Source of the DNA: Podarcis erhardii
Lineage: Eukaryota
Reading direction: 5' to 3' (one strand)
Assembly (NCBI GenBank): GCA_964252035.1
Contig: OZ176204.1
DNA: 64,000 bases
Of the stretch, positions 8,009 to 19,703 are shown in pieces (position 1 is the stretch's first letter; each line of letters starts with the position of its first letter). The notes below the pieces were generated by a model. The model was given only the letters and a program-made list of their open reading frames with translations, did no database searches and had not been told where the DNA came from. A program made the translations under genes and the position numbers.

Positions 8009-11000
8009 GTTTGTAGCTTCCCTTGACTTTAAAAAATGGAGACAATTTTTTGACAATGGTAAGTGCTGAGATTTTGCTATTTTACCCACAATATACCTTG
8101 GGAATGAGTCCTGTTGAATTAAGTGGAACTTACTTCCAAGTAAATGTGTGTAGTTTGGATTGCAAAACTCCAAGCAAGTAAAAAAATCTTAGGATTGAGC
8201 TCTAGGAACTGAAAGATTATTATAGTAGTCAACTTCTTAAGTGCTAGAATGCTGTGATTTTCAGCAAAATCACTTTAAAGATTAGCAAATGCATTGTGGC
8301 ATATGCTTTCATGGGCCTGGGCCCACTCTGTCACATTCATGTGAGTGTGCCATATGATGTAGTCATCAAAACTGGCACCACATTTTAAAGCTTGGGGAGA
8401 GATAGTGATGTTTTATTTCAAAACCCCAGTATCATCTTTGTGGTTGTGGCAATGACGACTTCAGAAGTGGTTTGGTTAGGGCAGCATTTTTCATAACCAA
8501 CGATGCAACTTTGGCCCAAAGAGTGCTAGTGTGAATGTATCTTATTCCTTTTTCTGTTGTAACTATTCTTGCATTCTGTTCCCTTCAGGAAGATATACCT
8601 AGATTACAATGCAACCACCCCTCTGGCTCCAGAGGTGATTGAGACAGTTACAGAAGCCATGCATGAAGCATGGGGCAATCCGAGCAGCTCTTACACAGAA
8701 GGTGAGAGCAAGTAATAAATGCTCATGCAAGGAACACAGAGCCAAATCTGGCACTTCTTGTTACCAGAAATAATTATTCTGTATCAAAACAATTAAACTC
8801 TTCCAGAATTTGGGTGGACTTAATAATTTGTTTATTTATCACTTTATTATATCCTGGAACTCAAAGTGGTAGTCTTCCCCTAATGCCACTCTTTGGAGAC
8901 TTCCCCCCACCTTGCCTTGATAATAAGGTAAATGTGCCTTTGATTTCACAGGTCGAAGGGCTAAAAATATTATAGACGGAGCCCGTGAAAGTCTGGCTAG
9001 AATGGTAGGGGGACGACCCCAGGACATCGTCTTCACTTCTGGTGGGACAGAGGTGAGATATGAGATGCTGCTAGCACTGTTTTGACCTGGTAGTCATGTA
9101 AGAGATCAACCCATAACATGCTAGCTGTCTTTTTTCCTCAATGGAGTCTGACTTTATTTGCTTCTCATAGCATTGGTGATTCCATTCTTAATTAGTGCCA
9201 AGTAAGACCCAGCAAACACTCATCAGATAAAAAGAAAGTCTATCCCTCTTCTGTTGAATGGCTCTATCTTTTATTTAAAACCTGCGAAGGAGCATGTATT
9301 GCAATTTGATTCACTCACATGGAGGTAATGACTACAAATCAGTCCTCTGCCTCTGATCCTTCTGAGACTGAAAGACAAATCTGCCACTGAACTGGTTTTT
9401 GGGTAAGAAATTCAGCATTGTCTACTCCAGAGGACTGCACTGGTAAATCTGGATATTCATATGAACATATGAAATTGGGATTTGTATCCTTCCTTTTTCC
9501 ATTCAGGCAAACAATTTAGTGATCCACACTGTAGTGAAGCATTTTAAGGAAAGCAACAAGCAAAGTTCTGATGGACCAAGAGAAGATAAACAAAAGACTC
9601 TGGGGATGTGTCCACATTTAATTACATCTTGCATTGAGCATGACTCAGTCCGGCTCCCTGTGGAGCACCTGGTGAAAGAGCATGAGGCTGGTGAGTATAC
9701 TGTAGTGGATAGTCAGAGATTGCTGATAAAATTATACACACTTGCCAGATTCTGCTTCGGCAAAAGCTCTCTTTTTTTTAAAGCAATTTTAGTTTCTGAG
9801 TAGCAAATACTACTTTTTTTTGGTGTTGTTTAGTTGTCTTAGTTGTGTTCGACTCTCTGTGACCCCATGAACATGAGCATGCCTTGGAAACTCTCTCTTT
9901 CTTCTCAAAGCTTCTCCTTTTTTATGTCCATGGAGTTTTCTTGGCAAAATACTGGAGTGAATGGCCAGTTCCTTCTCCAGGTGGATCACATTTAGTCTAA
10001 ACTCTCTGCTATGACCTGTCCGTCTTGGGCGGCCCTGCACGGCATAGCTCAGAGCTTCTTGGAGTTATTCAAGCCCCTTGCCACGACAAGGCAGTGATCC
10101 ATTAAGGGGTTTTTGGGTATACTGTCTCTTTATTGTTTACTCCAAATGTGAGCTGTCTAAAGGTGGCTCAGCAGTACTTTCACTGTGGTGCTAATGGTCC
10201 AGAATTGGGGGCAATTCTGAACCTTTAATTCAAATTNNNNNNNNNNNNNNNNNNNNNNNNNNNNNNNNNNNNNNNNNNNNNNNNNNNNNNNNNNNNNNNN
10301 NNNNNNNNNNNNNNNNNNNNNNNNNNNNNNNNNNNNNNNNNNNNNNNNNNNNNNNNNNNNNNNNNTATCATCTCCTATCCTATTCTATCCTATCCTATCC
10401 TTCTCGCCTGTCAAATAGTGACCAACACATGGAGTCAAAGATGGCATTCCTAACCTGGCTGATAAGTGGTCTTATCACTGCATAGGGAGGGAGGAATATA
10501 TAGCTTGTGTTCAAACGGTGCTAGGTTTAATCTCTGGTGCTTCTCCAATTGGGCAGGATCATGGCAGAACTCAGTATGAGACTCAGAGCTCTTAGTGGGG
10601 GCTTTTGCAAACTGAAGAGACTTAAACAGCACGCAGCATTTCCCCTCGGCTTCCTCCTCTCTTATCTTCCAAGTATCCAGCTGAGCTCCAGGAAAATCCA
10701 TTTTTGCTCACCTGCTTCTTTCATTAAATGCTGCTTCTAAGTCAATAGCCACTTCCTCCCAAATTCCCTTATGACAGCCATATCTTAATCTTTCAAGACT
10801 AAGGAGCGCTTGCCTGTTGCCTAGCAATAGCTCTGCTATTCCCTGTGACTTTCTCCACTGCTGCCAGATACATAGTAACTGCTGATGAACGTGCTGAGCT
10901 ATGGGATCAACATCTTTTTTTTGCATCCTGATTTACAGAAGCCACTTTTGTACCTGTGTCCAAAGTGACAGGACAGGTGGAAGTAGATGAAGTTGTTGCA

Positions 11001-14000
11001 GCAATCCGTCCAACTACATGTCTAGTTTCCATTATGCTGGCCAATAATGAAACTGGGGTTATCATGGTGAGTTGTGCCTTCAGTTCTGATTACATGTTTA
11101 AGGATATGAGGTTCATATATGTGGTCAGATGATCCCAAGAGCCCATGAGAGGGAGCTGATGCTCCCCCAAAATATTTCTACTCTCCTTTCACTCCACCAA
11201 CTTTCAATCTCAGTATGTTTTAGGTATACAGTAAGCCCTACAACTCCTCCTGCCAACCTAGCAGTTCGAAAGCACATCAAAGTGCAAGTAGATAAATAGG
11301 TACTGCTCTGGCAGGAAGGTGTACGACGTTTCCGTACACTGCTCTGGGTCACCAGAAGCAGCTTAGTCATGCTGGCCACATGACCCGGAAGCTGTACGCC
11401 GGCTCCCTCGGCCAATAAAGCGAGATGAGCGCTGCAACCCCAGAGTTGGCCACGACTGGACCTAATGGTCAGGGGTCCCTTTACCTTTTTAAGCCCCGCA
11501 ACTTACACAGGTGTTTTAGTTCTGGGGATAGTGCATAAAGCCAAAATCATGTGTAGTCAAAACACACTGGATGCAACGCCAGGTGGGATTGCCGAAGTTT
11601 TCCCCCCAGATGCCCGCTCCTCTTTCTGCCCCCCTTTTAATTTTTTTTTTTTTTTGCGAAGTGCCTAAAGCTAAATGCGCACATGTTAAATGTACATAAA
11701 TTACAGGTCTACTGTATAGCAAAACCTTTAGTTCAACAATTTTTGTCACCTCATTGCTCCCCCAATCTAGTTTGGAATTACAGGTTTTGCTCTCCGGAGA
11801 CACAGAGACATAGCCCTATGCCGTGAACCATGGTCTCCCTGTGTAGGGTTATGTGTTTTGTGGAGTTTATATGTGGTGTCCTTTGTTTGGATGCTGAGTT
11901 ACACCAAATGCTATCTTCTCCCTTGATCGCCAAGGCGGGGCAGTTGTACTACATAACAATAAAGCCATATAATACCATCAATAAAAGTTCAAAGGTAACC
12001 ATCAGCTTTCCAGGCAAGTTATTCCGTGAAGGCATCATATGCCAGCCAGTAGGGCAGTAGCCAAAGAGAGAGTCAGAACACTTGTGTTCCTGGTGAGATG
12101 ATGCCTCCTGATGGTGCTTTCTTTTATCAGCCTGTCTCCGAACTCAGCCAACGGATTCAAGCTCTCAATCGGAAGAGAATGGCATCTGGTCTGCCACGGA
12201 TCTTGGTACACACAGATGCAGCACAGATGATTGGGAAAGGTCAAGTGGACGTGCAGGATCTGGGAGTGGATTACCTCACTATTGTGGGGCACAAGGTATG
12301 GTGCTTCTCTCTTCTGCCTGCAATGCAGTTTCTACATGCAGGGTAAGAGATGTCCATGCATCTAGGTCATCCCCCAACATGGTAAATCCAATATCCATGG
12401 AGCAGAGAGTTGCTGTCAGCCCATAGAGTCATCCTTTATTGTTGATAAAACATTTAGAGAGAAAAATAAGAAGGAACATACCAGGGCTCCCTGAACACCA
12501 GCCATCATTCTGAGAACCAGACAGTGACCATAATCCAGAGGTGCTTTGTGTGACAGAAAGCTGGCAGTAAAAACGTTTGGTGTTCATGATTGATTCTCTC
12601 ACTCACAATTCTCATTGTGCAGGATTGCAGACTGACTCTATTGGGGCGAAAGGTGTTTTTCTTATGTTGTTTATTAAATGTGTCTAATGCTATCGACATC
12701 CTGGTTTCCAAAACTTTTTTTTTATTTGAAAGTTTGTAAAAACAGTGCACAATATGTACACACAAAGAATAAACAATGAGGCCACCTCACTTTAGCCTTT
12801 TGTGAACTTTGGGAGATTCCATGTGCTAGAGCAGCAGTTTCTCAAGTTTTTTTTAAATTGAGAACCATTGTTGATTTGCTTGCTGCTGACAATTGTATTT
12901 TGCTACAGCTGCCATGCAGATTGTCATTTGGTGACTGTAATGTAAAGTCTGCCCTGAACAGTATCGTGGCCCTCTTCTCTGCAGCCCATGAATCTAGCAT
13001 GGTTGCACAGGAATGCAGAAAGTGTTGTTTATATTGTCTTTTATTTTCACCATGAACTCTTGGAACACCTAAAAACATAGTGGACAGTCGATAACTCACT
13101 TCTTAGTATGCAATGCAACTCAACAGCTTCTCCACCAGATGGCAATCTGGGAACAATGTTGAGTGAATTTGTCCACATTTTCACATTGCGCAGGAGAGCA
13201 TGACACACAGCAGGAGATGTCCAGTGTGTCAACATCACTTTCCATTACAGTATTCAAAAACAGCTTTTCATTTTTTTATTTATTTTGACAGTAGCCAAGT
13301 AATGATTCAAGTTAATCTCCAGGCGTAATTAGTTTAATAACTGTGGCATCTGGGAACATGTTTGTCATGTATTTTTTGAAGCACACAAATGCCTGTCAAG
13401 TGATACAGAACAGGGGGAGAAAACACAGGAAACTCTTCGGTTATGTGTGAAATAGCACTGAGATAGTCTAGGGAACGGGTAGCAGTGAGCATAGGATTCA
13501 CCCATACTTCTCTCCCACGGGCAACCATGATTTCCCCAAGGATTAATGTTTGCTTCTCTGCTCTTGTCAGCCTTACTTCTCTGTGGTCAAAGCACCTCAG
13601 TTTCCTGTTGGACACACCACTTAGTTCTTGTCTGGAGGCATTAGCTTTGTGATTTATCGTTGCAGTTCTATGCCCCGCGTATTGGAGCGCTGTATGTGCG
13701 AGGCCCTGGTGTCACCACTCCTCTCCATCCCATGCTGTTTGGAGGTGGGCAGGAACGGAACTTCCGCCCTGGGTAAGAAGGATGAGGGCACAGAGGGAGC
13801 CAGTTAATCCAGGGAGAGACCAAGTAAGGTGGGGACCTCTCTTGGATGTGGGAGCAATATGTGGGTAGCCCATGTTCCTCTTCTTCATGCGGGTGAGGGG
13901 CTGCAAGAGAAGACACCAAGCAGTTTTTTTTGAAGATAGTTTTCTTTGAGACTCCAAGGATGTATAGATTAGTGAGTGAAAGGCTCAGCTTTTGAAAACC

Positions 14001-17000
14001 TTTCCCTTTCGTATCATGTTTCTCATTTGGCAAAGTGTGAAGAGTTTCAGGATAAGCAGCTGGGAAATGCAGTGTAGGGTTTGTATCATGGGCTGTAGCT
14101 GAGTGCTAGCACACACACACTTTTCATGCAAAAAGATTCTAGGTTCAATCCCCAACATTTCCAGGTAGGGTTGGGAAAGACCACAGCCTGAAACCTTGGA
14201 ATGCTACTGCTGGTCAGTAATACTGAGCTCAATGGACCAGTGGTCTGACTTGGTATAAGGCAGCATCTGCGCTTCCTAAGTCACATTCAGATAACAAGAA
14301 AGACCAGATCTCCTCCCCCCACAACCGAGTAGCTCAGGAGCAGTAGCTCCTATCATGCAGTAGCGCCATCTTCAGTCCCTGCATTATGCTAGTTACCCAA
14401 GTAGATATAGCCCCTGTGCTTGTGTCACTTTTATTATGCTTTAGGAATAAATACACACTGCACTTCTCTGTTCTAGGACTGAGAATACACCAATGATTGC
14501 TGGCCTTGGCAAGGTAAGCTCAGAAGTGATGAGGGATAAAAATGTCAGTTATGGATTCAACATGAGATGCTGTCCTGGTAGCAAGGCTCAGATTTCAACC
14601 CAGCATCCTTCTTACAAAAATTTAAAGGCAGAAGATTTCCCTGGGTTTGCTTATCTGTGCTGGTGCTTCTCTTCCCTCACACCCTCATGCTCTCATACCA
14701 GAGGTGGAGTTGACCTATGGAGCAAAAATTCTAAATCTGTGCACAGTGGGACAAGGATGCTTACAAATGCATTACTGTAAACTCCGGTTGTTTCCCATCA
14801 TTGTAAGGATCTGGTTACTGAGGACTTGTTGAAATACTAGAGGTTGTTCTTCTAGGCATATTTTTCAGAGCAAATAGCTAATCTTTACAGTTTTCCCTGT
14901 GGCTCTGTGTGAATAGCATGCCAGAACAAGAAAGGCACATCAAGTTGGCCTATATATACACTGGGGTGGGGGGGGGGGAAGTGTTCTCAATAACTCAACA
15001 CCCAGCCACTGTTTTAAGGTCTGTTGGAGAATATGTCCAGATTTTCTCTAGTAGCCCTCTTCATGTGCTGCTTTCACAAAGGGACAACATACATACCAGG
15101 AGCTGTAGGTCAGCATCTTTAGCCCCATGTCTAAGGTTGTGTAGCTCCTCCCAGCTTCTGCTATTGCCTTTTTGGCCAAATGCCTCCTCCCCAAGTAGTA
15201 AACAGTGTATTAAAACAAAATGCACCATAGAGGAATAGGTTTTAAAGCAGGGAGCCTTTACTATCTGTGTAGGCTGCCAATGCAATTTAGAACCCTGGTA
15301 GATCAGGTGAGTAAACTTATGAAGAGAGCTTATGTCACTGAGGTTGCAGGTATATAGTTATATGATTAATGGGTTTTCTTTTAGTTGATTGAGAGTAGTG
15401 GGTATCTTGCAGGTGTGCTCTAGAGAGAGAGGCTCGTGCAAAATTGTGCCATGTAGACTTTCCTTGGTCTCTGACAAATCACTGTCAGACCAAAGGAATC
15501 ACATTATGAATAGGCACAAAAGATGATTCCATTCAGATTGCCTACCCATTTCAGTACTGCATCGAATATCCTGATCTGTCTGGATGGGGACATTCTATGG
15601 GAATCATCATTCCCTTTATGGTTCTGTCTTTTGTTGTAGCCACTGAGAAACATGTTATGCTGATTGTGTTCCTTTGCAGGCAGCAGACTTGGTGAGCAGA
15701 CACTGTGAGGTTTATGAAGCTCACATGAGGAAGGTCCGGGATTACCTGGAAGAGAGACTTGAAGTGAGTTCTCTGGGTGCCTGTTTTCTGGATTCACCTG
15801 CAACCTTTACACAGGGAAGGGAGGATTGACCCCTGTTTGTAGATAGAATTGTATGACTTTCTTCTTGCTGCCTTCCTTTGTAGGAATGCTAAGCTGGGGG
15901 ATAGTGAAGTGAGGCCAATCATTAACAAACATTTCTTGAAAGTATTATTTTTGCACATTTTAGGCCGCGTTTGAAGAGCAAGGAGTTTATTTTAACTGCA
16001 GACTGAAAGGCTCAAGGAGACTGTGCAACACTTGTAACTTTTCTGTCATGGGCTCAGGACTAAAAGGTAATCCCCTAGGGCTCTAAATTTTCACCATTCC
16101 TATATGGCTGCTGTCAGTCTACTTTAGGTGTTGTTGGGGGGTTTTTTTGCCTACAGCTTCCTCGGTGACCAACACATGTTAATCCTATCTATAGATCTCA
16201 AGACTGCATTGCTCTTAAGATAGTTTCAGAGCAGATTAAAACCAGACTGCTGCTGTGTGAGGGAGAGTGGGGAGATGCTAAAATATGGTGTTGGAAATTG
16301 GTTTTCTAATTGCTCAAAGAAATTACAAATTGTGAAATTTTGCAAATACAGTGGAACTTCGGGTTACGTATCATCCCCTTACGGGTAATGAGCTCCACTA
16401 ACCTGGAAGTACAGTGGTACCTCTGGTTACAAACTTAATTCGTTCCAGAGGTCCGTTCTTAACCTGAAACTGTTCTTAACCTGAGGTACCACTTTAGCTA
16501 ATGGGGCTTCCCACAGCCGCTGCACCACCGCCTCACGATTTCTCTTCTCATCCTGGGGCAAAGTTCTTAACCCGATGTGCTACTTCCTGGTTAGTGGAGT
16601 CTGTAACCCAAAGTGTTTGTAACCCAATATGTTTGTAACCCGAGGTACGACTGTAGATACTCCTGGTAGCAAACTTTGCCCCAGGATGCGAGCGGAAGTT
16701 ACGCAGTGGTGGTGGTGCAGCGGCAGCCCCATTAGCGAAAGCACGCCTCAGGTTAAGAACAGTTTCATGTTAAGAATGGACCTCCAGAACGAATAAAGTT
16801 CATAACTGGAGGTACCACTGTAAACAAAGGAAATGAGTTTTAAGCTTTGGCTTTTTATAATCTCAGCATGAATTTCATATTTATCTCAGGAGGGATTCTA
16901 ATTGTAAAAGCCACATCCTGATTTTATCTATTAAACCTTTTTGTCATTAAAACGCTACTTTGTCTTTTCAGATCTGCATTTGACAATTTTATATGTATGA

Positions 17001-19703
17001 TGTGCATAACTTTCGCATTTGTTTTTTCCCCCCTTCCTTCCATCTTTAGTGAGAAGCCAGTTCTAGCAAAAGTGTAGATGGGATAAGCATTGAATGGAGT
17101 GAGAGGAGGTTGAAAACCAATTCTATGGGTTCCTTCCTCCACCAGGTCCTTGGGTATTTCATGGCATGCCTATGTCTTGTGTTTTCTGCAGGTCGGCTGG
17201 TGCTGTCTCACTGTAGGACTTTGCTTGCCAGTGTTGGTGCTGCATGCCACTCCGAGAAGGGTGACCGGTAAGGAACCATGTTGGGAAACTGGGCATTCTG
17301 TGGCTGGAGGGGACAGATCCATCTGATGTAGAAAAGTGAAAGCAAAGGATGCAACACCTGTACTCACCTACCTCCTCAGGGAACTCTGCTTCTTAATGGT
17401 TGTATTAGTGTGTGTGTGTGTGACAATAGTAGGATTCACCCAACCTGCCCTGTCAGCAGCAGCCCTGCACAAGGCCTTGCACTTGCACAATGAAACCTTC
17501 CCATCTCTCACCGTGTGCCCCAAAATTGGCTCAGGGAGGGGAGTCAGGAGAACCCCACAACAGTGGGTGGAGATGGTGGGATCATTTCATCTGGGAAGCT
17601 GAAATGCTTGTGCAGGCAAAATGATTGGAAGAGCACAATGTTGAATTCCACCCTATGACACTAAAGCCAGCCCTTACATCTGACGGTCTTCCCTCCTGCC
17701 CCCCAAAGATGTACCAAAGGAACGTTTTCCATTTTCAAACGTGAAATCCTCCTGCTTTAGGAGAAGACTGCCAGAGACATGTGACACCGCCTCCCACAAT
17801 CGCTCACCCTGCTTCCAAGCCATGCCATTTGCCCCTGGACAATGGGCAGACAAATCCTGTCCCTCCACTTAGCTGTGTGAACTGCCCTTCTCCTGGCTTT
17901 AAAGAGCTGCTGGTCCAGGACTAAGAAGTGGAAGGGGTTGTATAGTTGCCACAGTGCCAGTCCCACTTTCCCCCCAGGTGGTAAGGGCAGCACAGGAAAG
18001 GGTGCTAGCAGTAGGGGGTTACTGAGATAGTGTTGCAGACTGTTGCCGCTTATTCAGGAGCTGAGCTTATTATGGAAGCTGGTCAATCTGTTTTAAGTTC
18101 ATAAGCTGGTTAATGTATTTGTATCTTAGTGGAAAGTGTTTTCTTTGCACTTTTGTACAAGCCAACATTTGCATAAGCTGTGGCCTTTCTACCTTGGCAT
18201 CCACTCTTTTGGAACTCACAGGGGATGGTTCCAGCTGGGCAGGGAAATAGGTGATCAGCTAAGTGCCTAGGATTAGGATATCATCAAGTGGTTTTCCTTT
18301 GAATAGAGAGAGCAGTGTAGTGTGACAGATCATGTGTCTGAGCAGCAACTTGCTCCCCTGCTGTTGTGCGCTGCTTGTTTCAAATACTGGAGAGAGCGGT
18401 GGAAACCTAAGTGCCTTGTATTGTATTTCTTTCATCTAAAGATTTTCCTAGAATGCTTGTGGTTCAACTTTATGTCTGAGGCCTTCAAAATCATATGAGA
18501 ATATTGGTATGACAAGCCTTGTGTACCAATTGATTAGCTACATAATGCTGAAGCCAAATCTGAGAACAGAATGTGCTAGAATCGAGGCTTTTGCTCCCAT
18601 ACCTACTCCAGAGATAATACATTTCAGTTCCATGTTTCCACATGGATGCGCACAGGATCACGTTCAAAAGCAGGTTCCTGAATAGCAAGCGTGAAGGGCC
18701 AAACAAAATTCAGATGCCATTCACACAAGTAACAACCGCAGGAATGAGGGGCCAGTCTGGACTGGCACCCTGTTATTGGGGGAGAGAACTGAACCACTCC
18801 TCCCCTGCCATGGTGGCCCCAATCTGGATGGGGCTGCCTGTGCCTACTATATGCATGGGGGGAAAGCTTCCACTGGAGAGGACAGAAACATTTTCCCCCC
18901 AATGTGATTAACAGGGGCAGGGGTCCACAGCAGGGTCCGAGCTCCCTTACAGTACCTCCATGCCAGGGTCCCCATCCAGCTCTTCTTGCTAACACTAGAT
19001 GGTGTTGCATCTAGTTTGGGCTTAAGTCAGATTTATTTGTTTGTTTTTTACATTTCTTTCTCATGCTTTGATGAGTTCAGAGCAGCATACACAGTTCTTT
19101 GACCCTCTTTGACACCAAACCTGTGAGGAGGTTAGCTAGTCACTAGCTCAAGGTCAGTTAATTATGTTTGAGCTGGGACCTAGGCTCTCCCCAGTTGTAA
19201 TCTGACACTCTAACCACTCTACATACCAGTAGATGGGGAACCTTTTTTAGCCACATTCCCTCCTGGGCAACATTTCAGAGGCTGTGCCTGCAAGAGAAAA
19301 GTGTTGCCTATCATTTAAAACCAACACTGCAGTGGATCTGCACCTAAGCTGGGGTGACTGCAGCATTCTTAGGAAGAACAGTGATGTGAATGTGCTCTAC
19401 AGAGGCAGAGTTCTTTGCGGCTCATATTGGAAACTAATGAGACTTAGAAATAAGTATAGGACTGCATAATTTTTGCTTCCTTCCTCTGTTCACTTCTTGG
19501 AACCACTGTAGGGAATTTTAGGAGGTTAAACTTGACTTACTTTATCTTTGTTCACCAGGCCATCCGCTATCCTGCTTAGCTGCGGAATTCCTTATGACGT
19601 GGCACAGAACGCCTTGCGTCTCAGTGTGGGTCGTGCTACCAGCAAGGAGGATGTGGACCTGATTGTGGAAGATCTGAAGCAGGCTGTGGCTCAGCTACAA
19701 TAG
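7911..19703 (+). CDS. SCLY: Selenocysteine lyase, full gene: join(7911-8008,8589-8701,8952-9052,9507-9690,10939-11066,12131-12295,13666-13772,14477-14513,15680-15763,15964-16066,17192-17267,19559-19703), 1341 nt, 446 aa
   Basis: NifS/class V PLP enzyme motifs: [45 protein letters not shown] (PLP Lys), GTEN and SVGAACHS (catalytic Cys). All introns are GT-AG with consistent phase. Confidence 0.97.
8589..8701 (+). CDS. SCLY: SCLY coding exon 2 ([11 protein letters not shown]...[10 protein letters not shown])
   Basis: cag|G ... G|gtgaga; 113 bp. Confidence 0.95.
8952..9052 (+). CDS. SCLY: SCLY coding exon 3 (GRRAK...FTSGGTE)
   Basis: cag|GT ... GAG|gtgaga; 101 bp. Confidence 0.95.
9507..9690 (+). 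CDS. SCLY: SCLY coding exon 4 (ANNLVIH...[13 protein letters not shown])
   Basis: cag|GCA ... G|gtgagt; 184 bp. Confidence 0.95.
9822..10106 (-). mobile_element. BovB (RTE)-derived short element: BovB 5' end joined to BovB 3' end (Bov-A-like)
   Basis: Reverse complement reads atggatcactgccttgtcgtggc.aggggcttg...ggagaaggaactggc...ccagtatt.tgccaagaaaactccatggac...catggggtcacagagagtcgaacacaact...aaacaac, the recalled BovB termini. Confidence 0.75.
10237..10365. other. Assembly gap (129 N) next to a (TATCC)n-like microsatellite
   Basis: N run; tatcctattctatcctatcctatcc follows it. Confidence 1.
10939..11066 (+). CDS. SCLY: SCLY coding exon 5 (ATFVPVSK...[11 protein letters not shown])
   Basis: cag|AA ... 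ATG|gtgagt; 128 bp. Confidence 0.95.
11229..11714. mobile_element. Tigger-like MITE interrupted by a Sauria SINE
   Basis: TA|cagtaagccc.. and ..aggtctactg|TA ends. Confidence 0.65.
11246..11490 (+). mobile_element. Sauria SINE (Squam1/POM-type), 5'-truncated
   Basis: cctgccaacctagcagttcgaaagcac...ggccacatgacccggaag...acgactggacctaatggtcaggggtccctttacct; 13-bp TSD aagccc(ta/cg)caact. Confidence 0.9.
12131..12295 (+). CDS. SCLY: SCLY coding exon 6 (PVSELSQR...HTDAAQ...VGHK)
   Basis: cag|CCT ... AAG|gtatgg; 165 bp; ends in the PLP-binding Lys. Confidence 0.95.
13666..13772 (+). CDS. SCLY: SCLY coding exon 7 ([10 protein letters not shown]...[10 protein letters not shown])
   Basis: cag|TTC ... 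GG|gtaaga; 107 bp. Confidence 0.95.
14090..14278 (+). mobile_element. tRNA-Ala-derived SINE (Squam2-like)
   Basis: gggctgtagct... B-box ggttcaatcc ... aatactgagctcaatggaccagtggtctgact...ataaggcagc. Confidence 0.8.
14477..14513 (+). CDS. SCLY: SCLY coding exon 8 ([12 protein letters not shown])
   Basis: tag|G ... AAG|gtaagc; 37 bp. Confidence 0.95.
15680..15763 (+). CDS. SCLY: SCLY coding exon 9 (AADLV...[10 protein letters not shown])
   Basis: cag|GCA ... GAA|gtgagt; 84 bp. Confidence 0.95.
15964..16066 (+). CDS. SCLY: SCLY coding exon 10 (AAFEEQG...[10 protein letters not shown])
   Basis: tag|GCC ... G|gtaatc; 103 bp. Confidence 0.92.
16349..16820. mobile_element. Tigger-like MITE with a second copy of the same family (16412-16653) inserted in inverted orientation
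   Basis: Outer TA|cagtggaacttcgggttac ... gaggtaccactg|TA. Inner TA|cagtggtacctc ... gaggtacgactg|TA. The reverse complement of the inner copy aligns to the rejoined outer copy. Confidence 0.9.
17192..17267 (+). CDS. SCLY: SCLY coding exon 11 (RLVLSHC...[12 protein letters not shown])
   Basis: cag|GT ... CG|gtaagg; 76 bp; contains the catalytic Cys. Confidence 0.95.
19033..19230 (-). mobile_element. Degenerate tRNA-derived SINE (Squam3-like)
   Basis: Ends in acactctaaccactctac, similar to the copies at 28405 and 33028. Confidence 0.5.
19559..19703 (+). CDS. SCLY: SCLY last coding exon (PSAILLSCG...LRLSVGR...AVAQLQ*)
   Basis: cag|G; TAG at 19701-19703. Confidence 0.95.

Noticed and set aside
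10237-10365. N gap might hide an SCLY exon
   Set aside because: Exon 4 (phase 1) joins exon 5 in frame and the protein is colinear with the recalled human SCLY
12842-13260. Overlapping minus-strand ORFs and a minus donor (AA|GTGAGT) in SCLY intron 6, possibly an antisense exon or LINE fragment
   Set aside because: Stops in all frames and no recognisable protein motif
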